A stretch of 55,640 nucleotides of DNA, filler included, from Basidioascus undulatus (Eukaryota): NCBI GenBank assembly GCA_000826855.1. It is 3 parts of 3 records of this genome, joined end to end, with 100 filler letters (N's around TTAATTAATTAA, not from the genome) between each part and the next. Parts side by side here need not be neighbours in the genome. Positions count along the whole stretch, not along the records: positions 11,910 to 43,749 come from JTLS01000098.1; 2 more parts are not named here. One strand, 5' to 3'. The translations under genes were made by a program, and so were the position numbers. The notes below the pieces were generated by a model that saw nothing but the letters and a program-made list of their open reading frames with translations, made no database searches and was not told the DNA's origin. Of this stretch, positions 24,334 through 36,479 are shown piece after piece. How positions within the stretch are numbered: the stretch's first letter is position 1; every line of letters begins with the position of its first letter.

Positions 24334-24999
24334 TCAAGATCCGCCCATCTCGTGGATTGCGTGCTCGTTCACAGCATTCTCGAGCTTGGCTCCCGCCGAC
24401 TGCAGGTTGCTAGCGACCCCACCGCTCTCGATTATTCCGCCCGCTGCCCCGTCCAGACCCTTTCTTAGCCCCCGAACGTTCTCCTACCAACCATAAAATA
24501 ATCCCTACTTACACATGGTAGCTTCCTCCGAAGCCGCCAAGTTCGCGTCCGCCTGCACGTGCGCGACGACCATGTCGGGGTCGAGGTCCCCCGGCGTCGC
24601 AGGGATCTGCATGGCCCGCCGTCGGGAGATACCCAGGTCCTGGGAGACTGCCCTCGCAATGCGCGGGATGGCTTGGTCCGCTTGCTGGACGGCGGGACGC
24701 CTTGACTGGACAGGACCCCCAGGCGGCTCTCGCGCTTCCTCGCGGTGGATCTCGGCGGCGAGATTCTACAACACATATCACTTTCTCAAAAGAAGCCCCT
24801 CTTAGGAATGTTTCAGACTCAATTTGAAGTCTCACCTTGGCGTCAGCTAGGTCCGCCACCTTTGCGCAGAGAAGTGTCAGTTCGGGCATGAGATGGCCGC
24901 ATCACTCGGCGTTCGACCGGGACGCACATGACTCGCAATGTCAATGTCTTCAGCCCTCAAAAGGTCAAGCTCTTCAAGGTCGGTCAGGTCGATCATCAT
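24334..24999 (-). CDS. Small hydrophilic protein with C-terminal SMP (seed maturation protein/LEA)-like motif; 4 exons
   Basis: Spliced MMIDLTDLEELDLLRAEDIDIASH|VADLADAK|NLAAEIHREEAREPPGG...HVQADANLAASEEATM|SGGIIESGGVASNLQSAGAKLENAVNEHAIHEMGGS*. All junctions are GT-AG and in frame; DA...S.E....GG....GGVA...QSA resembles the SMP repeat. Confidence 0.55.
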
Positions 25000-27520
25000 A
25001 GTGGTTGTTCTTCTTTGTTGTAGCTGGAGAGTGGTTGAATAAAGCCACCTAGTAGGAGGAATGAACGCGAAGGGGAGATTCGAGTGTGGCAGCAACAACC
25101 AGCAACAGAAGGTTGTCGCCATGCGCTGCACGCCTTCTTCGGTCACCCCTTCTCACCTCGACCTCGCTCTTTTCGGCTAGCCTCCTTGTTCGGGGTTTCA
25201 GACGTGCCAAAGAGCACAGATACTTATGCCCACACCCCTCACGCCTGTAGTTCAAAGCGGTGGTCAGAGGGCCTGCCAGGTCCAGACAGTCCACGTTGCC
25301 CCAGTGAGCCTGATCAAAGCACTTAAATTTCAGAAGGACTCACTTCTTTCCAATTTATTTATATAACCAACATCCGCGTTTCTCATGAGCCAGTTTGAAC
25401 AGGCGACCTGCCGCGGCCCCGCGTGCACGTTTCTGAGCTTCCGTTTCACTCGCTTGGGCCCTTTATAGGCAATATCCTCGTACTTCATGCCTAATCAGCC
25501 AACTTCCCACCAGGTAATCCTCAGTGACAATACGCTCAACCCAGGCTTACCTTACCGTCTTCTGCCGCCGCTGTCCGGTTCGATGCTGTCATGTTTACCC
25601 TCAATGCGATACTGGCCAGGGCCCGCATTCCACACGTAAAAAGTCTCTCGGAGGAGGATAGTCAAGCTCCAGAGTCCAGGGTGATCTCACAACATCAGCC
25701 TTGCGACGGTGCTCTGCTTTCCTTCTGTGCTTCGCTGCGACACCAACACCGAAGGGAGTGGGGGGTCAGAGCTGGTAGACCTCCATGTCACGGCGTTGTG
25801 CAGGGGGGGATCAATCGTTAGCAGTATTAACGCCTTACACAACGAAGATTAAAAGCAGAAAAGAAGAGGCCTTCGACTTACATTGCCCGAGAACCCAGAC
25901 AACGCAACATGCGACGGGCTGGGAGCTGCATCTGAACGCCAAGCCTTCAAGTTATATTCTTGGAGGCTATAATCTTTCGGGGTTCTTGAGGAAAGTCATG
26001 ATCAACATCACGGATATGCTCGCTGTCCATCGAGCACACCAAGACGACCATCCTGGCAGCGGGGGTGCAACTGGCAAGTCCGTCTTGCACCTAGCTGCTC
26101 TCTCTCGGAGCTCCGACAGCCTCCTACGCATTGTACAACCCCTCAACGCGGTCACTCGAGCACCTGCGACCTATTCGATCACGTAGCACGCTATGATGGC
26201 GTACACTCGTAGTGGGACGTGCGATACAGCGGACACAGCTTCCACCTTGTCCGCTGCAAAGCATTCGGCCGTGCCCAAACTGCTGGGTATTACCCCTGGA
26301 GACGATCCATTAAACATAGTTCGCTAAGTGCGTATTATCTCCGGACCGAATAAGAGAGAGGCCCTAACAGCGAGCGGAGCAGGCATACGGACACCCGCGA
26401 CGAGCGGACTCTGGACGCGGTCGCGCTTTCACGCCCGCTGCCCGACCCCTCCCGAGATTTGGGAGCGGTCGGATCGGCTCGGGGCCGCCCTGCTGCCTAT
26501 AGGACTTGGTGCAGAATTCTTTTCGGCGACTGGAGAGGAAATGCAGCGATTGCGATGCTTGCAATTCGCAAACACAGTTTGACGGGAAGTGTCCGAACAC
26601 GACCGTGGAGCCCCGCACTTTGATGGAAGCTTTCTGTGCCGGCTAAGGGGGTGCCCCACCGGACTGCACCCCCATCCGTCCCCGAAAGTCGCTGAGGTCT
26701 GGGCGCTCGTCTGTGTACAGCGGTAAACATTGCCGAGCGCGCACGAGGCGCACTCAGAGGAAGGCTGCAGAATGTTGTCTGCATTACATTTACCGGCAGC
26801 CACGGCCTGGATGGCGCTGTCAAAGGTCGCGCGCACTGGAAGGAGACGGTGATGGGCTCGGAGGGGACCGGGAACACTCGCAGCGGAGTTGGCGGCCCGA
26901 GTCTGTCGGTTGCTCGACGTTGTCCATGATGGTGGGGCTCCATGCGACACGGCCGTTGTGCATGGTCGAATGGGGAAACCTGGGAAACACAGCTCGAGAA
27001 TCGCATATGATTTCGTCGGGTCCCCTTCTCCAATGGACGTTTAGGCGTTATTTGGACGACTGCTTCTTGAATGACGCCGTCGGGGGTATGGTGTGGAGGT
27101 AATTAGCGGTGGTATTCTGCGTGATTGAGCCAAGAGTGCCATGACGGAATACGCCGGACCTGCGTGCACGGTCAGAGGGCACAGAGGGCGGTGGGTCACG
27201 CGTACGGACGACCGTCGCAGGGCAGGCAGGGCAGCCCGAGCGCATTTCGCACCAGAGTCGGGCGCTGATCAAAACCCGGCCTCCATTCGCTGCATTCCCC
27301 GCGATTCCCCCTTCATCCAATTTCAACCCACACCCCGCACGACCCGTCGTCGATTCCCCAACGCGCACACACAAGACCCATTCTCGCCTGATACCCCTTT
27401 CGGCGGTCTTACTTTCACCTTCACCACCACCACCTCCGCCAGTCGCAGTCTCCCTGACACCACACGCGACACCCATATTCTCAGCTTTCTCCACGCCCCA
27501 CATCCCATCCCCCATTCACA

Positions 27521-30471
27521 ATGGCCACCGACGCGCCCGTTGCGGCTGACATCCCCACGCACCCGGTCCCCTCCCGCCTGAAGGGCAGCGAAGGCCGCCC
27601 GAAACCGCACGTCGGCCCCGACCTCGACTCGTACAAGAAGGCCCACGCCCAGACCGTGGGCGACAACGCTGATGCTTTCTGGGAGAAGGTCTGTTCAATT
27701 CTACGTATGCGATTTGCGGCCAGGAGGGCGAGCGCAAGCGCGAGAGCGTGGGAGAGTGATCTGGCGAAGCGAGAAGATGCTTCTCCCCCCCTCGCCTGCT
27801 GGCCCCTCCTCCGCCTGGCATTTTGAGCAGCTATTGACCCTCTGGCGGTACTGGGATAACAGGTTGCGAAGGAGACGCTCTACTGGCACCGTCCGTTCTC
27901 CACTGTCCTCACCGGCGGCTTCCTGCACGGCGACATCGCCTGGTTCCAGGAGGGTGGTCTGAACGTGAGCCCTCTTGCCCTCTTCCCAGCGCCCAAACTC
28001 CCGAGACTGAAATTAGCGCCCTTGCAGGCCTCGTACAACTGTGTCGACCGCTGGGCTATCCAGAACCCGGACAAGGTGCGTTTGGCGTGCCCTTGAGACC
28101 CGCGTTCGGGCCGCTCACGGACGAGCTCCTCGCGTTGCTCTGCTCCCCAGACCGCCATCATCTACGAGGCGGATGAGCCTGGCCACTCGGAGGAGATCTC
28201 GTACGGCCAGCTCCTGCGCGAGGTCTGCCGTGTCGCGAACGTCCTCAAGAACATGGGCGTCAAGAAGGGCGATGTTGTCTCGATCTACCTCCGTACGTGC
28301 CTACTCACGCTCTTCTACTCGCTCAGGACACTCACACGAGTGCGCCGCGTTCTTGGACCACAGCCATGACCTGGCACGCGATCGCGGCGTTCCTCGCTTG
28401 CGCCCGTATCGGTGCCGTCCACTCCGTCATTTTCGCCGGCTTCTCCGCCGAGTCCCTGCGCGACCGTGTCGTCGACGGCGGCTCCCGCGTCATCATCACG
28501 ACGGACGAGGGCAAGCGCGGCGGCAAGACCATCGCGTGAGTTGCCCATGCTTCTCTCCAGTCCTCCGAGCTGCGCAGTCTGACTGGTGGGGCGTGCGCAC
28601 ACAGGACCAAGAGCATCGTCGACGCCGCGCTCAAGGAGTGCCCGCTCGTCGAGCACGTCCTCGTCCTCAAGCGCACCGGCAATAAGGTCCCCTGGACCGA
28701 GGGCCGCGACGTCTGGTGGCACGAGGAGACCGCAAAGGTCGTCCCGTACTGCCCGCCTGAGATCATGTCCTCCGAGGAACCGCTCTTCATTCTCTACGTG
28801 CGTCTCGTAGCGTTTTCACCCCTGAAACGCTCCACTGAATTCTCTTCCGGCTTTTAGACCTCTGGCTCCACTGGCAAGCCCAAGGGTGTCGTCCACACCA
28901 CCGGTGGCTACCTCCTCGGCGCCGCCCTGACCGTCCGTCCACTTCCTGCTGCCGCAGCGCGAGATCTTGACTGAACTCGCATTTCCTTCTACGTCCGAAA
29001 CAGGTTAAGTACATCTTCGACGTCCACGCCGACGACCGCTTCGCGTGCATGGCCGACGTCGGCTGGATCACGGGCCACACCTACATCGTCTACGGCCCGC
29101 TCCTCAACGGCGTCACGACCACCGTGTTCGAGTCCACGCCCGTCTACCCCACGCCCTCGCGCTACTGGGAGACCGTCGCGAAGCACAAGATCACCCAGTT
29201 CTACACTGCGTGCGTTTCCATCTTCCCACTTTGGCCTCCGCAATAGTCTGGAGCTGATGTGCCTTGGCTTGTGATGACAGCCCCACCGCCATCCGTCTTC
29301 TCCGCCGCCTCGGCGAGGAGCACGTCAACGGCCACGACCTCTCCACACTTCGCGTCATCGGCTCCGTCGGTGAGCCGATCAACCCCGAGGCGTGGGACTG
29401 GTACAACGAGAACGTCGGCAAGAAGCAGTGCGCGATGTGCGTCTCCTTTTTCTCCTCCCCTCCCCCTCCCACCTCCCCCGCTCACGTTCCCGTTTCGATC
29501 CTAGTGTCGATACCTACTGGCAGACCGAGACAGGCTCGATCGTGATCACGCCTCTGCCAGGCGCGATCCCGACCAAGCCTGGCTCAGCGACGTTCCCCTT
29601 CTGGGGCATCGAGCCCGTCATCCTCGACCCCGTCTCGGGCGAGATCATCGAGGGCACGGACGTCGAGGGCGTGCTCGCCATCAAGCGTCCCTGGCCGTCC
29701 ATGGCCCGCACCGTCTACCAGGACCACGCCCGCTTCCTCGACACCTACCTCAAGCCTTACCCCGGCTACTACTTCACCGGCGACGGTGCGGCGCGCGACA
29801 AGGAGGGGTACAGTGCGTTGGAGGATTGCTTGCTCTGGTTGCGGGCTGTGGAAAGAGGCTGACTTAGTTGTTGCGCTTTGCAGTCTGGATCAAGGGCCGT
29901 GTCGACGATGTCATCAACGTCTCCGGCCACCGTCTCTCCACCGCCGAGATCGAGTCCGCGCTCATCCTGCACTCCGGTGTCGCTGAGGCTGCTGGTGCGT
30001 AGCCCACAATCTCTTTCCCGTCTAATTAACACACCAATCTGACCTTGTCCTTCCTCCCTCGCACAGTCGTCGGTGTCGCGGACGAGCTCACCGGCCAGGC
30101 GATCTCGGCGTTCGTGACGATGAAGCCCGACTACAAGGGGCCGACGGACGACAGCCTCGTCAAGGAGCTGTGCCTCCAGGTCCGCAAGGTCATCGGGCCC
30201 TTCGCCGCGCCCAAGACGCTCTTCATCGTCTCGGACCTGCCCAAGACCCGCTCCGGCAAGATCATGCGCCGCATCCTCCGCAAGATCGTCGCCGGTGAGG
30301 CCGACCAGCTCGGTGACCGTGCGTCTCTTCCCTTACCCCTCCCCTCCCCCCTCTCCCTTCATCCTCCCTCACCGATCTAACTTGACCTCCTCCCACACAG
30401 TCTCCACCCTCGCCGAGCCCGCGATCGTTGACGAGATCAAGGAGAAGGTCTCTGCCGCGCAGAAGAAGTGA
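27521..30471 (+). CDS. ACS1: Acetyl-CoA synthetase (AMP-forming); multi-exon
   Basis: [130 protein letters not shown] and [14 protein letters not shown]1 versus ACS2 cannot be decided from this. Confidence 0.97.
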
Positions 30472-31204
30472 GCGCGCCACTCGTGCGCGGCGATACCCAA
30501 GAGAGCAGCGGCGGGGCGGAGCGCAGGACAATAGTGGAGGACGGTTGATCTGGGTTGATGCGTAGCGAGGCAGGATGGTCGCTTTTGACTTTCTTCTTTC
30601 CTTCCTTTCCTTTAGTCGCAGCGTTTTCTTGACTTGACAATGATGACAATGACTAGCACGCACACGTAGTACTGTACAGTAATACCACACCTACGATGAT
30701 GCACAGACCCAAAAAGCAGACATTCGGTGCTACTTGATTGCTTGTGATGCCGCAGACCTGAGGTTGGCGGTGTGATGTACTTCCTGATAGCTAGGGCTGA
30801 GTTTTGTGATGCCGAGCTTTAATATCCCTGCGGGCCCTCACGGTCTCGATGTGCAAGATGGATGTAAATGGTCCTGCATTAAATCGTGCGTCGGTTGTGA
30901 ATCTGAGGCTCTCGGGCGACGTCGACCGCCACAAAGGTTGCTTTAGGTGGTTCGGGACATTCAACTTGGTTGGTGAGGTTTCTTGCATTCTTGGCTGTGG
31001 ATCCATGAGTCTCAAGAGTTCGTGAATTCCAAGTAGTCCGGTGCATATCTGAGGCAATCGCCGAGGCGTAAAGCATCAGTGTGGGCGGGGTTCTGAAAGC
31101 ACATCGACAGCCGCGAGCAAAGAGCAGGCATCGAAGTCTCGACGCGGACGACGTTCATCTGCAGTGCAGTGTACTCCCTGCATGTTCTAAGCGAATCCTA
31201 CTCC

Positions 31205-33024
31205 TCATGAGCTACTCCAGCTCAGTTCCGCTCCCACCGCCACATGGTCGCTCGCGCTGACGCCTTTCCTCGGAAGCCCTCCGCCGAGCTGCTCCTTCCT
31301 CGGCGTCCGCAGCAAGCCCGTCACGCGCATGTCCTGCCCGCCCGAAAAGAGAATGTAATCTGTCGTCCCACCTCAAGTCAGCCCCGAGCTCGCTTGCTAC
31401 ACATCATCCAACCAGAACGCACCTAGCGTCAGATTCCACAACGGCGTGACGTTCGTCCACGCAGGCTCATGGCGTCCCTTCCGGCCCTCCATCCCCTTCC
31501 GCTCCTCGTCGCTCTCCAAGCGCCCAACAAAGTCGTTCCCCTCCTCCCCGCCGACAGTCCCCCACGCGCTGTCGTACGCGCTCATCAGGCCCTGCCCGGG
31601 GGGCGGGAAGAGCGCGACGAGGTCGGGGATGTCGAGCAGGCCGTCCGCGGCGGTCGGCGGACGCGCGTCCTTGAGCGGCATGCGGTCCGGGAGGCCTTGC
31701 TCGGCTTTGGGAGCGGCGGGAGCGGGAGCGGGAGTAGGAGTGGAAGAGGAAGGGGAGGAGGCGGGTGTCACGGTCGTGGTCGACTCCCCGCTCTCTTCGT
31801 CGTCCCCGGCGGCGGCGGTGCCGTTCTTCTCGAGCGAGATGTGCACGACGCGCGAGGCCTGCAAGTCCACGAGCTGTGAGGGGAGGAGCGCGTCCCCGAC
31901 AAGGAGGGCGTAGGTCGATTCGGTCGGCTGGGTGTTGAAATCTATGCATGGGAGAAGATCAGAAGTCAAGAAGAGGGAACGAAAGAGGAAGACAAGCAGG
32001 ACGGGGGAAGACGTGAAGTGGCGCAAATGGGCAAGGGAGGACGTACCGCCTGCGAGGATGGCGGGCCAGGACGAGGGAAGCGCGTGGGCTTGTCGGAATT
32101 GGCGAAGGTGGCGAAGGAGGAGCGCTGCTTGCCGAGTTCGCTCGTAGGTGAATCTGAGGCGGTATAGCGTCAGCTCAGCCTTCGCATCTTGACGGCCCAT
32201 ACGGTCGCCAGCGACTCACCTGGGGTGCCAGAACAAATGAGTAGTGCCCACGACGACTCCGCCCCTCCCATCCTTCCTCTTCAGCCCGACAACCAGCCCC
32301 ACGTTCCTCGTCCTCCTGCTCCCGGCCGTCTTGCCCTCCACCTCCTCGAACCCCTCGTCATCGTACTGCACGACCTCCTCGCTCACAAGCTCCCACTCGT
32401 CCCGGCGGTAGAGAATCATGAGCCCGTGGAGCTTGCCCGGGCCGGAGGCGGTCGTGTGCGCGTAGACGCGCTCGAGGTGCGGGATGAGGAGCGGGACGTG
32501 GTCGACTTCTTGGAGGCATGCGATGGAGGGGGAGTAGTGCAGGAGCTCGGCGATCAGGGACGGGAAGCGGTCTTTCCCTTTGAGAAGGTCGGAGCCGGGG
32601 AAGAGCTCGCGGCCTGTAACGCCCATCGCGTTCGCTGTGAGCAATCAACACCCTCCACACTCCACGGATGAGAGGACATACGGATCAAGCACTGCGCCAA
32701 AAGGTTCCAGCTCAGAATCTTGGCCTTCACCTGCTCCTTCTCCTCCCCTTCCCCTGCGGCGCCCCCTACGGCAACCCAATCCCGCCTCAAGAACTCGGGC
32801 GCCTTAGCAGCCGTCTCCGGGCTCGGACGACCCTGCTCGACCGCCGCCGCCGCGGTTGCCTGCTTCACAACTTTGGCGGCTTTGCGCGCAGCCTGCTTGG
32901 CGAGTGCCTCAGGGGTGAGGGCGCGCGGATTGGGCGCGATGGAAGGAGTAGGCGAGAGGGAAGCGGGAGCCGAGGAGGCGGGCTCGGCAGACGGGGATGC
33001 TACGGGCGGGCGGGACGCAGTCAT
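31205..33024 (-). CDS. NGL2: NGL/Angel-family (Ccr4-like EEP) RNA exonuclease/phosphatase
   Basis: ILSWNLLAQCLI|RRELFPGSD, ACLQEVDH, KLHGLMILY, TRNVGLVVGL, TTHLFWHP|RFTYERTRQA, ILAG|DFNTQP, EPAWT, TL|DYI and LPRKGVSASDH. Confidence 0.92.
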
Positions 33025-33497
33025 TTTCGAGTTAAAGCGTGTGAAGGAAATATGTAGCCCTGATATTTGTGTGAGGATGTTGTAGCGGTGCAAAGACTTG
33101 CGAGAGTGCAGTACGGCGAGTCGAGCGAAGGGAGAAGACCGCATGCTGTCAAGGACCCGGAGCCGGCGCGTCCGCCGTCATCGGCAGCGAGCACGGTCAA
33201 GTCAGATTATTGGTGGGCGGCGATGCACTTCTCGTGAAATACGACAAAATAAAGGATACATACAAAGGTATGCAACCTACTTCTCAAGAGGCGGAACGAG
33301 GAAGGGTAGTCATGGTGCGTTTCGCATGCAGGAGTGGTGGCATATGCTCGCAGCTCACTGGCATTGGGCACTGGCGACAGGGAAGGGATCCGAATACTGG
33401 ATGCAGAACAGACTGGGAGGAAATGTCCCTTCGAGTATCTGATATCTGCTTGGTTTGAAATTGCACAGCACCGAAGCCTTCTATACGTGACACGGCC

Positions 33498-34255
33498 TCA
33501 TCCCAAACTGCGCTGCCAACGCTCCACACTCGTCCGCGCTAGTTTGAACCGTCCGCGCCGGATCGGTGCCAACCACCTGTTCAATGCGCCACACGACACG
33601 ACAGAGCGAGAGAGTGGATGCCGGGGAACCAGCCCTCGACTGCGGAGCCCGTCGAAAGTGTCGCAGTCGGTGAGGAGAACGGTCGTGCCTGTGTAATGAC
33701 GGAGCTCAACGTCTGCGTCCGTGTCGACGTATGTGAGGACGAGGCGGCGAGGAGAAGGCGAGTTTTCTCCGCAGTGGAAAGCGGAGAGCTGTGTGAAGTC
33801 GCCGATGAGCTCGTCCAGCGCGAGCGAAAGCTGCTGGGAATAAGGTCCGGAACAAAGCTCCGAGTCTTGAAGGTTGATGCTTCGGATAGCCGGATAGGGA
33901 GACAAGAAGTCGATAAAGTCGAGAAAAAGATCGAATCCTCTCAGCGTCAGGCGCGAGAGCTTCGGCTGTGAGGAGCAACCCTGCTCGGTCGCGCGGGTAA
34001 CGAAGTCGGCGAAGATGTTGTCCGAGAAGGGAAACATGGAAACCTGTTCTAACCCATGGGCTGTAGTTTGAACGTCCCGCAACGGGGCATGGCACCTGGT
34101 AAGAATGTGCCGGACGCACGGCAAGATTGTGCCGAGCGTGCGAGGAAGGTCGAGGAGGTGAAGGACCGTGAGCGTCAAGGGGAAATCGATGGGATGCAGC
34201 GCTCCATCGCTGTGGGCGGTCCGGTCGACGATGGCGCGGCGGTTTGCAAGGGTCG
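33498..34255 (-). CDS. Hypothetical leucine-rich exon (RNI/F-box-associated-like), possibly a relic
   Basis: About 250 open codons from a CAG acceptor, with LxxLxL-type segments (KLSRLTLRGF, IRSINLQDS). Its frame does not join cleanly to the upstream TF relic. Confidence 0.35.
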
Positions 34256-34339
34256 CTGATTGGCATAGCAGAATGGGAAAATCGGAAGCAAAAGGTCAAG
34301 ACGTGAAAATGACAAGCGGCCTGAATGGCAAGCCAGGAC

Positions 34340-35907
34340 TCACTGGCGTGCTTCTTCGTTCTCAACCGTCGCGTCGGTGACGTCCTCCCAGCGCGGCATT
34401 CCAGGAACGCACGATGTTGTTGCGCGGCTATCGGACTGGACGGACATGGAACCGCAAACGCAGGATGCTCGGGGATTTGTCGATGAGGGAAGAAGAACGG
34501 GCTCAACAGGCTCAATGCGAGCGAAGAGAGGCACGCTAGAGTCGAGATAGAGCGGCGCCGTCGTGCAGACCATCACGTACATCAGTATCAACGCGTACTT
34601 CAAGGTTTCCCAGCGTGAGTGAAAGCGAGAAAGGGTCACATACGGGTCTTCAAGATCTACGCATCCCACCCGTCTGCTCTACAGGTGTGCGTCCAGCATT
34701 CTCAGCGCTCCCGCCCGACCTCTTGCAGCATCCCCTCCCCCTCCGGGTAGGATCTCCCATGCGTACACAACGGCCGCTGTCTGTGCGAGAGCCAGACTTG
34801 GCCGGCCCCAGACGCGAGGGCAGCGTCCAGTTCGGCCCATGCCAGCGCAGCGAGTCGGGAAGACTGCGAGGCGAGATCGCCGGGATAGAGCAGGTGTATC
34901 GAGACGGCGAGTAGTGGGTAGGCTAGGGAAGATTGGACGGTATGGCGAAGGGCAGGCGTTCGAAGGCGCCGAAATAAAGTCGGAGCGTGGAAGACTGTGG
35001 TCACAGTGGGGTCGGCAAGTTCGTATGAACAACGATTGGAGATCACACAGAGAATGAAAAAAGGTCAACGTACCGACCGCAAAATATTCGATGCCATCTA
35101 TACCGTTCCAAATCATCTGGGCTAAAGCGGTTCCATTGAGATGGATCGTCAGAAACTGAACGCGTCGAGGTGCATGAGCGAGACGTACGCCGAAGTGCAA
35201 TCGTGATGAGTCTTGGCGTCGAAAAACTCGTCCAGTACGAAGTCGTACCATATTTCAGAGGACTAGAGGGTGTTTGGAGGGCGAATGAGATGGTGGGGCT
35301 CGATATTGAAGGGAAGTATCGGGAAGCCGACGTCGAAGGAGGCGGACGCCGTGCATGTGCGAGTTGCAGACGATGAAGACGTCGAGAGATACGAGGGAGC
35401 CTCTTCGTCTATGAGATGTGACGCAGGATGTTTACCTTGATGCACCTGCAGACAGATGAGTTTGGTCATGAGAAAATGAGGCATGAAGCTACGCATGGTA
35501 CACCTGTTGCCCACGCTGCGGATAAGGAGACTGAGTAGACCGACCTCGTCCGTTTCCTCCATAGCACGCCCCGCCTTCCGTTTTCTACCTCCCTTGACGT
35601 TGTTCGAACCCTCCATTTGCACTTCTCGTCATACACGCACGGACAACCTTTGCGTTCGCATCGCTTGCACGGCTGCCCGCCCTGGCATGACAGCTTTTGC
35701 TGACGACACCGCTGACAAGCGAGATGTCGTAGGCAACGATTACGCTCTGGTGTATCCGGTATGGTGCGCTCTGGAGGCGGTTCGGGCAGAATACCAGGGT
35801 ACGAGGAGAGCGATTCGAGGGCGAAAGCGAAGCCGAGGGCAGCTCGAGGTCGAAGGACGACTAGCAGCGACCGATGGAGATGTTGGTGACGGTAGTCCGG
35901 AAGACAT
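34340..35907 (-). pseudogene. Zn(II)2Cys6 transcription factor pseudogene
   Basis: Complete cluster ACQRCRQQKLSCQGGQPCKRCERKGCPCVYD at about 35625-35720. Frameshift immediately after it, in-frame TAG at 35263 and 34679, and another frameshift near 34800. Middle-region remnants include FHAPTLFRRL, LAQTAAVVYAWE and PGMPRW...NEEAR. Confidence 0.8.
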
Positions 35908-36479
35908 GCTGGGCAGGACGCTGCACGGGCGTTTATAGTGATGGTGCTTTGGAAGAAAAGGGTAAGGTTCGAAGAAGGTGACTGAGCAGCAGCTTCGCCG
36001 ACGTTTGAGGCGGTCTTACCCGCTTCCTCCACGCAGCCAGTGCGGACTGTCGAGAACGATCGACATACAACTTGGGGAGCATTGTCACATTGTTTCAATT
36101 GTGTCGGGACGGGTAAACAGGGTGTTCGGTGCCTTGAACGTTTCAGGTATTGGCCCTACCGTGAGCCTGCATCGGCAGGTAAAGCACGCCATGTGCGTTT
36201 CCTTCGACCTTCGACTTGCTGAAGCCTTACACACGCATTCGGCTCTCAAGGCATGCTCGCATAGCTGTTGAACGTTGCGGTCGCATGCGTGCCACATGTA
36301 ATTCGGGCCTCGCAGTAATGAGGGCTCCTCCGCATGCACGACCTCGACAGGTACTCTGCAGCCGCCGAAGCCACACAGTCTTCAGGCGTCCGTCTCGGTC
36401 CGACCGAGGAGCCCGTTTGGGGCGATCTTTAACGGGTTTGGCACTATATACCGGTTGTAGTGAGAGTCGTGCTGATGAG

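Noticed and set aside
25785..26210. Segment faintly like a GH43 C-terminal beta-sandwich (WELHLNAKPSSYILG ... YDGVH)
   Set aside because: Similarity is too weak to call by eye; needs a translated profile search.
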